A stretch of 64,000 nt of DNA, from the NCBI RefSeq assembly GCF_009914755.1, contig NC_060945.1; one strand, given 5' to 3'. Every line of letters starts with the position of its first letter. Within the stretch, counting starts at the first letter, position 1. Source of the DNA: the human T2T-CHM13v2.0 reference genome, Homo sapiens. The position numbers were made by a program, and so were the translations under genes. The notes under the pieces were generated by a model. The model searched no databases, was not told the DNA's origin, and saw only the letters and a program-made list of their open reading frames with translations. This document shows, one piece after another, positions 54,761-64,000 of the stretch.

Positions 54761-57388
54761 GTGAGTGCAATTCAGTGTAAGAAACACCATGAGGCATCTA
54801 TTGTGCCCTGGTTACCGTGTGAGGTGTTGTTAACAGAAAGAAGAATGTGGTGGCTTCACTCTACTATGAAATACAGATGTGAGAAGAATTCATAAGAAAC
54901 ATCACATGTTCCCGAAGGGATGCTTTTATAAGATTCCAAAGACAGGTAGGGAGGAAGTGATTAGTTCAAGAAAGTGTTTATAAAAGAGTGAGTGACAGAT
55001 CTAGGTTTTGAAGAATAAATTCCTGTTTGATGAAGACAGACAGACAAGGGATGGACGAGTCTTCCAGGTTGAGGAATCAACATGTGGACAGTCCAGAGAG
55101 GTCCTTCAAGCAGTCTTGGAATTGGTTATTTCATTTGGGAGCGCAGGCTTCTAGTCTTCTGGGATAGTCTACATCCATAACAGGAGCTAGAATTTCAATG
55201 TCCTCATTATTTTTGAAGTATTTGCTTGCATGTCAGTATTTGTTTGGTTTTCCTCATTCAATGAATCTGTTCCTCCAGTGAGTCTGTAAGGGAATTATTT
55301 AGCAAAAGGTTTTCCAAGTTTAAGAATAGGAAAATGTTTAAATATGAGTATATTTAAATTGTTTTTTGTTTCAATGGATTTTTTTTTCAAGTTGGTCTCT
55401 TTTACTTTGCATAGGGAAGACCTTTTACTTTGATTAGCTTTGGTGACTTTGCTGCAACTTTAAAAATATATCCAGCATCCTAATCCTTGGAGGTTCAGAT
55501 TCTTGGAAGATAAACTGCAACTTTGCAAATGGCTAATGGTCTGGTGAAAAAGAAGGATGGTAAATTTATGGTAGTACTAGTTTTATTTAAAATATATATA
55601 TATATATATATATAAAACCTAAAGAATTCAACACTCAACTGGGTATATCAAATCTTTAAGATTCCCTAAAATCAAGTTTAAAATTATTTTTATTGTATAT
55701 CCAAGCTTTGGGTTTCCTGGTCACCTTTTCGTTGAGCTATAACCAGAGAATGAAGATGAGTAGGACCTCAGAAGCAGAGAGAAGCAGACAAGTGGGTCAG
55801 GCCAGGTAGCAGTGTCAGGGGCAAAACTCTACTTCCACCAACCTCGGCATGTAGGAATGTTGTGGCAGTTTGTAGACCAGCCCTTCTTCTACCTACCATG
55901 AACCCACCAATCACCATAGCCAGTAAGGAGGGTCACCTTTGTGTCTCCTTAAATGTTTGTCACCACTGGATTTGAAAGGCACACTTGACAGTCTTGTGTC
56001 AAGTAAAAACTATTAAACACTTCCAAATCATAAGCTGATGGCTTCCAAAGAGCAAATAAATGTCCTAAAGTGATCACTATTTTTAATACCCAGCTTGACA
56101 GAAATGTCTGTTGAGCTTACTGCCAGGTGCCACATTATCACTTAACCAAAAATGTCTATATAAAAATAACTTCCCCCCATTGGAATGGTGGCCTGTATAC
56201 AGAGAAATCTATTTATGTTTCAGTTCAGTTTCAAACATCTTTGAAAAACAAGCTGAATGGATAGAACTGAAGCAATGTGCGCACCTCTGGAAAGATGCGG
56301 CAGATGTTACCTCTTGAATTGGTGGAAATAAAAATGACATTCCTCTCATTTAGGTTGTTTGGTGTTATGCTGACTTTTTAATATAATCTGAAGCAGAAGT
56401 GACTTAATGTCAACGACACTATTTCATGGTTATAAAACTTTTGGTTTGAGAAGTTGTTAGCCTATTTTTCTGCTTTCTGGATGTGGATGGCCCTTAGAAC
56501 AATCTCCCCTTAGAAGGGATGCATTGAGTGTGGAGAAGTGCCAGCCACTGGAACGGGCACGATGCATAGGTTGATTCCTTTAAGTTCCAAGGCAGCTTGA
56601 GGCAACTACCCAGAGCAGCTGAATTACAGGGTCCTGCAGGTCCATGTCTCTCTTCTAGGTGTTTACTTCCTCAGCCTTGGTAATGCTCAGTCCCTGGTTC
56701 CCAGTGTCCTCTAAACTTGCCCCTACAGTGGCACTCATCCTGTATTTCGATTACACCTTTCTCTTGGGGGGCCAGGACTGGGTCATGGCCTTAGGCAGCC
56801 ACAGAGAGGTCAGCCTGGACTAGGGTGAAAGCAAAAGGATTCTCAGAAATGGGACTTGAGCTCACCAGCAAGAATGTATAGAATTTCAAGCCAGGACAAT
56901 AGTGTGAAAAGGCTAGGATTAAGGGGTGGGGGACAAATGATGGTGCCTTTTCCTCAAGAAAAAAGGCATAGAATTGAAGGAGGTAATTATTTCCTCCTAA
57001 TGTGTCTCATTTTTCTGCTAGGCTTCTAATATCACACACAGAAAGTTGGAACATTTGAAGTTTCCTTTCTCCCAAAATAAAAAGCTGATTTTATTCATCG
57101 TAATAAATCTATTTACAGCTCATTCATAGGTATTGGTCACTTAATTGAAAACACTAGTATGCATTAAATATTGTTATATAGCCAAATAATTTTTAATTGT
57201 CTCAGCTACCAACTTGAAAAATATTTCATTTTCTATAATCTGAGTTAATTTAAATTGCTTTTGTGCTTCGATTGATACAAGTTTAACTTTTTTTCTCATT
57301 AAGAAACATTTTACTGAAGTCACCTTTTGAAGAATGTTTCCTTTTCTGAGGTACTAAATCTGTTGGCACTTGACACTACAGTTAGTAG

Positions 57389-57688
<300 letters not shown>

Positions 57689-58641
57689 AGTAGCAAATTT
57701 TGAGAGAAGGAAATTAAATAAAAGTGCATTCATTTTCTTTTAAGCAAAATCTCTAATGAGCTAGTGTAGGCTACATGAAAAGCTGCTTCTTGGCATTCAA
57801 AATGTTTAGAGACCAATGTCCTTACACCATGGATGTGCAGTCAAATGAAAGCTTCCTAGTATTCAAGTAAGTGCCTGCAGTTCTAAGCCAAGCTCTTGCA
57901 CTTACTGCTGGAAGAAAGGCGGATAGAAGAGGCTAATGTTACAAGCTGTTCTTCTCAAGGCTATTAACCTGTCTCCACCTTCTTCCTTGGACACAGAGCC
58001 TTTTGATGCAAAGCTGCAAGGAGCTGTGCATTCTTAAATAAACATTTTCCAGTTCAAAGAGCCAGTCCTATGCTTCAATTTAAAGTGAGATTGAAAGAGT
58101 TATTTGCTTTCTTGTCCCTTTAGCATAGACAAGCACAGCAAGAGCCCTCATGGGTTCCCTTGTTCAACAGTAACTTCTTTCCAAAGATGAATTAGCCAGG
58201 CATAGAGTTTGACTTTCTCAAAGCCACTAATGTAAGGTAATCCTTGGAATGAGACAGGATGACTCCACCGACTCAGGAGGAGTAAAATATTGTCCTTCTT
58301 AAGTGAGCACATTGAAATGGCCTACCTATGAACACAGAGCCCTCTAATAGCAAATACAGTAATGCATCAGTAAGCATTATGGGTCTGCAAGATAGCAGTG
58401 ACTTACACAATAATAGCCCTGCACACTAGAGTGTCCAGAGCAAACAATGCCCTGAGGCACAAGTGCAGGTGGGATGAGGTATGCCAGGGCAGTAACCTAC
58501 TTACCTGGGCCAATGATGGCAACTGAGAGAAAGAATGTGAGGTCTTCTTTCAGAGTCACTGAAACCTGTGACTCAAACTCTCTGACATACCAGAGGAGGG
58601 TGCGAGGTGCTAAAACAGGTCACAAGGCTTGAAGTAGCTGA

Positions 58642-58879
58642 TGCAAACTGACTCAGGGAAGAGAAATGTGTTCAAAAACAGCATGGGGTAGATTGGAATG
58701 TCCCAGCCCTAATCTAAGAGACATGTGTCTTTGTAGGGATGACAGACTCTGCCTCAACACATTTTGAATTATCCAGAGCACTGATATTTGCAGACACACT
58801 TTGGTTCTGTAATAATGAATAAAGGCAAATTGGTCATTCAAGAGGTATTTGTTGAATATCTTTCATTTTATAGCATTGT
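58642..58879 (+). repeat. 238-bp local direct repeat, copy A (probable donor)
   Basis: Ungapped match to 61245-61482 with 9 mismatches by hand count. Confidence 0.95.
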
Positions 58880-60826
58880 TCAGGGACTTGTGAACGCCAC
58901 AAACATGTGCAAGGACATAGTCTCTTCTCTCATGTTACTTAAAAGGTCTACTCTCTATTTTCAAAGATAATCAGTGGATAGATACATAGATAGATATTGG
59001 TAAGAATATTTTCAAAAAATTGCCTAGAATTCTAGAACTTGCCTAAGGTCTCTTGGCATCAATTGTCATAGTCCTCTGCTTTTCAAGGAGACGCTAGACA
59101 AATTTCTATGTACCATAGAAAAACTTTTCTGTGGGTAGGGAAGAGCCATCAATCAAGAACTAAATGTATAAAATAGCAAAATAGGGTTTTGAATGCTAGC
59201 TTCACCCCTGTGTTATTGTGGGCAGGTTTCTTAACCACTAGAGGCTCAGGTTGTGAGGTTTTTATCCTCAGAATAATATTTTTATAATTTCCTTCTAAGG
59301 GTTGGGTGAGGGTTCCATTTACGAATGACTGACCCATTGTAGACACTCTGTCAATGCTAGTTCTTTTCTTTATTCTTACATTTTAACCCACTGGATTCAC
59401 ATACAATGAGTTTACTTAAATCGGAGATCTGACAGTGCCAACTGTGAAATTCTGTGCAAGATGGTTAGACTTCTCTGGCAATATGGTACCAAAGGAATCC
59501 TAAAGCCATCCCCCTTCAAAGTATACAAAAATACTGGATAAAATGTTGAATGCTTTCTAAGAGCACGGCTTAAGGAAATGGTCAGAAACAAAGAAGCTGA
59601 GCAGGAGCACAAATCCAGATAGGTGACTGGTAAATCTGGCAGCAGCCTAAAGCTGTCTGGCTACTGTTGTAAACTAGAGCTTTGGATTTATTTTATTGGT
59701 GAACCGACAGGTTAGGTGACTTCACATAAAACTAGGGTCTTCGAAGATCAGCACCCTTAGGGAAAGGATGAACCAAAATATATTTTCCCACAAATACAAA
59801 TGTCCAGAAAGTGTATCCAGTACAGGTATCAGTTTTGATTCTGGGAAAAGGGGAAAGAAGTATTCTTTGAGAATTTGTTACCCTCCTTCACACAGGTTTG
59901 TAGTCCAATTCACAGTATGCATTGTGGTCTGAAAAACATCAAGCCAAGATTTCACATTCTGGTGCCAGATTGGTGGTGGTTCCTGGTAACTGGCAGAAGT
60001 AAATGCAAATCTTCTCAAGAGTAAGGCTCCTTCAATTCAGGTTTCAAAGAAAGGCCAAAAATTCATGAATTAAAGAAAAATCATAGAATACATAAGTGAA
60101 CAAAGTACCACGAGTGAGAGTCTGCAGAAACAACACCCAGCAGATCAAAACCAGAGCATAACAGATACTGAAATTATTAGATAAACATATACAATAAATG
60201 TATTTAATAGGTTTTTAAAAAGAAGATGAAAGGGTTGACTTGAAAACATGAGAAAGGAAAAAGAGAGTGTAAAAATGATGAGTCAGATTTGAAAAAGCAA
60301 TATATTTATCCTCTAGGAATAAATCTATAATATATACAATTTGAAATTCAGTGCAGATATTAAAGACAGATTAGACGCAACTGGAAGGGAAATCATGAAA
60401 TGCAAGCTAACCTTATGAAATGATCCTGAATGCAGTACAGAGTGACAAAAGAGGAAACAATAAAAGGAAGGTTGAAAATGTACATACAGTGAAAAGGTAT
60501 AACACACATTCAGTCAGACTTGTGGAAAGTGATCATTGGAAAGACACAATAAAGAGAATAGGGAAAGCAAAAATACGGAAGAGGTGATGGTGGAGAATTC
60601 TCTTGAGTTGATGAAACCTACGAATCCTCAGATTTGGGAACTTCAATGAATCACAATGAATCTAGAAATCTACCCTAGATTTTTCAAAACAGCTGACCAC
60701 CAAAGATAAACATGACCATCTGAAAAGTAGCCAGAGAGAAAAGCTATATAGCCTAAAAGGAGCCACAGTTCAGCAGGCAATTGATGCCTTCACAGGGGCA
60801 GCAGGAGCTAAAATGCAGTGCAATCA

Positions 60827-61191
60827 AGCCATACAAAAGAATGAAATCATGCCCTTTGCAGGGGCATGGATTAAGCTGGAAGCCATCATCCTCAGCAAAC
60901 TAACACAGGAACAGAAAACCAAACACTGCATGTTCTCACTCATTAAGTGGGAGTTGAACAATGAGAAGACATGGACACAGGGAGGGGAACAACACACACT
61001 GGGGCCTGTTGGGAGGCAGGGTGGGGGCAAGGGGAGGGAGAGCATTAGGACAAATACCTAATGCATGAGGGGCCTAAAGTCTAGATGACGGGTTGATAGG
61101 GGCAGCAAACCACTATGGCACATGTATACCTATGTAACAAACCTGCACTTTCTGCACATGTATCCCAGAACTTAAAGTAAAATAATAAAAA
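60827..61191 (+). mobile_element. L1PA8/PA10-like 3' end
   Basis: L1PA 3'UTR with A tail; 17-bp TSD aaaatgcagt(g/a)caatca at 60810-60826 and 61192-61208. Confidence 0.9.
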
Positions 61192-61244
61192 AAAATGCAG
61201 TACAATCACATCTTCAGAGGGCTGAGAGAAAGTTGCCATCAAAC

Positions 61245-61482
61245 TGCAAACTGACTCAAGGAAGAGAAATGTGTTCAAAAACAGCATGGGGTAGATTGGA
61301 ATGTCCCAGCTCTAATCTAAGAGACATGTGTTTCTGTAGGGATGACAGACTCTGCCTCAACACATTTTGAATTATCCAGAACACTGATATTTGCAGATAC
61401 ATTTTGGTTCTGTAATAATGAATAAAGGCAAATTGTTCATTCAAGAGGTATTTGTTGAATAACTTTCATTTTATAGCATTGT
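61245..61482 (+). repeat. 238-bp local direct repeat, copy B (inserted in old L1M)
   Basis: Matches 58642-58879; ORF-track peptides at 58653-58841 and 61256-61444 are near-identical. Confidence 0.95.
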
Positions 61483-61886
61483 GGAAATGTCTTTCAGCAA
61501 AATAAACATATTTTCACACAAGCAACAGCAAGAGAATCTATTACCAGCAGGTCCTCACTAATAGAACTTCTTTAGGATGTATGTTCAAAGGAAAGGAAGA
61601 TGGCCCCAGAATCCAGATACAGATAAAGGATTGATGAGCAAAGAAAACACGTGGATCTCACAAATATAATGTGAAGCAAAAATGGCACTGACAGATTATT
61701 CGTTCATCAGAGAACCACGTATAAAAAGTTCAAATACTCAAACATATCTTGACTGGGGGCACATACATAGGAGGAAACCTATAAGGAAAACCAGGCAATA
61801 AATACACGAATTTCAGATCATGTTCACCTGTTGAAGGAGAAAGCAGAGAGTGTCACTGCATTTTTATGTTCTTCTGGAGCATACTC

Positions 61887-62134
61887 ATAGATCTACCATG
61901 GACCAAGAACCACTGTGCCTGTATGACTGGCTATAGGACAAGAACAATTGCAATGAGGTGCTTGTCTTCAAGGAGCTTACTACAGTCTAGTGGGAGAGGA
62001 AAGCCATGACTCTATAGCTCAGGACATGCTGATAGCATAAATGCACACAAATCCACCCATACTTTACTTTGATATCCCTTTCTGGTTGACCCTCAACCTG
62101 AGTGCCAGACTCCCTTCAATACCCAAACATACCA
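61887..62134 (+). repeat. Inverted repeat, left arm (~248 bp)
   Basis: Reverse complement of 62712-62957, ~85% identity by hand alignment. Confidence 0.9.
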
Positions 62135-62711
62135 TATGTATCAGATGAATGAATGAATGAGTAGAGGAGTGCTTATTTTATATTCTGTATATCTTGCATA
62201 TAAATCATAGGCACACATATTGTTTGGTGTATTTGAAACATTTAATAGCATAAAATATTTAAATAATCTTTCAGAATCCACCTTGAGAGTTGCGGATAAT
62301 AATATATTTTGAACAGAAATTTCAAAATGTGCCTCAGTCTAATATGTATTTGTCCCTGCAAAAAGCTGGGAAGGTAAGAATGGAAGTGGAAAAGGATAAA
62401 ACATGTCAATTTAGAGAAGACTTTTCCCTATCTGGCATCCCTTGAAATCAACAGTTAGATAATAGATAAACTACATGGGGAAATTTTGTACCATTTGAGG
62501 GTGTAATCTGCCACATTATTTCATGAGAAAGTTTGGTCATGTGGTCTTTGGTCATGTGGTCTTTTTTTTTTCTTTCCTTCTTTGCAGTGACCTACAGGAA
62601 GCTCAAAGCTGTGTGTTCAGCTGCTCTGGCTTTCTTCATGGTGGGGCTTAGCATTGATTCCCTCTCCTGATGGCTCCCTATGGCACTCCAAGGCTGAGAC
62701 ATATTTGAGGC

Positions 62712-62957
62712 TGGTATGTTTGGGTATGGAAGGGAGTCTGGCACTCGGGTGGAGGGTAAGCCTGAAAGGGATATTAAAGTAAAGGATGGGTACAGTTATC
62801 TGTATTTAGGCTATCAGCATGTCCTGAGCTTTACTGCCATGGCTTTTCCCTCCCACTGGACTGTAAGCTCCTTGAAGACAAGGGCCTCATTGCAATTGTT
62901 CTTCATCCTGTAGCTGGTCATGCAGGCACAGTGGTGCATGGTGTGTGGTAGATCTAT
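62712..62957 (-). repeat. Inverted repeat, right arm (~246 bp, includes an L2 3' end)
   Basis: Reverse complement of 61887-62134. Confidence 0.9.
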
Positions 62958-64000
62958 AAATACATATCAAATGAATGAATGACATACCATGGACAGCTCT
63001 CTTCCTATCCTATTGCTAGAGCACATGGGCTCGCAGGCAGGTGAGTGAACACAAACATGTGTGCACCCCACACACACACACACGTACAAACTCACACATC
63101 CATCATTTACATGCAGAAGTTACATTATACTTTCATGCCACCATCTGAGAATTCCAAAGAGAATATCAGGTGAAATACGTTAAATTACTTTTGCACATGC
63201 TACAGGTCATGAGAGTATGAGTTCATGAGAAAGGAGACACTGAAACTGAATTAGCAACAGAGAGCAGAGGTTGTGCTGAAGGGAAAGCAATGTTAATGCC
63301 AGGAAGGAGTCTGGTGTTGTACGTGGGAAATTTGGGATAAACTGCATGGATTTTACAGCCTTCCAGGGAGGCAGAGTGCTGGAGTAGGTTCAGAAAGCAT
63401 TTCTGAAAACCTCTTTCTTCTAGTCACCCTGCCTAATTTCCTCTGACTCTGTCCTCCCCTGGCTGCATTTCCTGTTTCTGGTTAGAACTCTGACCTAAGT
63501 TTCTTTATTTCGGAACTAAGCAGAATTACTTGTTTCAGTGAATACATTTGTGGACCACAGCAATGGGGAGAAAGGAGCCTGAGAAAAGTGTTCCTCCGGC
63601 CCTTGAGGTCAAAGACCTGTAGGAAGTGGTATGGCAATGACCTTCAGTGACAGCAAGCCCGTGATGTGACTTCAGCAAAGTGGGATGGGCCATTTTCACT
63701 CACTGAGCTTGTCAGATGACCTTTTCTTGATTCACCATTACCTGGAGAGTTTATCCAACTGCTGGGACACAGGAGATGTGAAGAAATGGGTATACTGGTT
63801 TGAAGGATAAATTTGCCTTCTAGCTGAACAGAAATCTGAGAGCTGCTGAATCACCTGCAAAATTATATCTTGTTCTGTAGTTTGTTTCCTAAGTTTCCTG
63901 GGATTTGATTAGTCAGGAAAAGACCACACCACTAGCAGGGGAAGTCCAGGAACAAGGGAGCCAATGAGTTCTGTGTCCTACTTAAATGAACCTTGAAGGT

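Larger units (their letters stand above)
59470..61800 (+). mobile_element. Old L1M 5'UTR/ORF1 region, interrupted twice
   Basis: A-rich ORF1-like motifs 'ggagaattctcttgagttgatgaaacc...gaatcctcagatt', 'acatcttcagagggctgagagaaa', 'gagaatctattaccagcagg'. Confidence 0.7.

Noticed and set aside
57745-57866. Possible + strand exon (taag| ... caa|gtaagt)
   Set aside because: The acceptor is weak, and isolated splice-like motifs are common by chance in 64 kb.
58653-61444. Two near-identical 62-aa ORFs as a duplicated micropeptide gene
   Set aside because: They are explained by the 238-bp DNA duplication. Several of the few substitutions change amino acids, and there is no promoter or homology evidence.

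Overview
Primate genomic DNA, most likely human, judged from the AluS/AluJ, L1PA, THE1/MST/MLT, MIR, L2 and MER repeats. The window is intronic or intergenic. I find no credible protein-coding exon, RNA gene or CpG island, and I cannot name the locus. The ORF track is noise, apart from decayed L1 ORF2 pieces and Alu- or microsatellite-derived frames. Repeat subfamily names come from remembered consensus motifs, and boundaries of old repeats are approximate. I see no new multi-gene system. The notable signals are structural. (1) A single 2.5-kb L1PA insertion (13372-15884) is bounded by a perfect 15-bp target-site duplication (TSD), has a twin-priming 5' inversion, and carries about 1.5 kb of 3'-transduced foreign DNA, possibly from two serial transductions. 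It sits inside nested MLT1 LTRs. (2) A second short L1 appears to carry serial micro-transductions (29578-29818). (3) A 238-bp, ~96% identical local templated insertion (58642-58879 copied to 61245-61482). (4) A ~247-bp inverted duplication (61887-62134 / 62712-62957) brackets a candidate non-coding exon and covers its splice donors. (5) There are compact motif clusters suggesting enhancers at about 38.9 kb and 44-46.6 kb.
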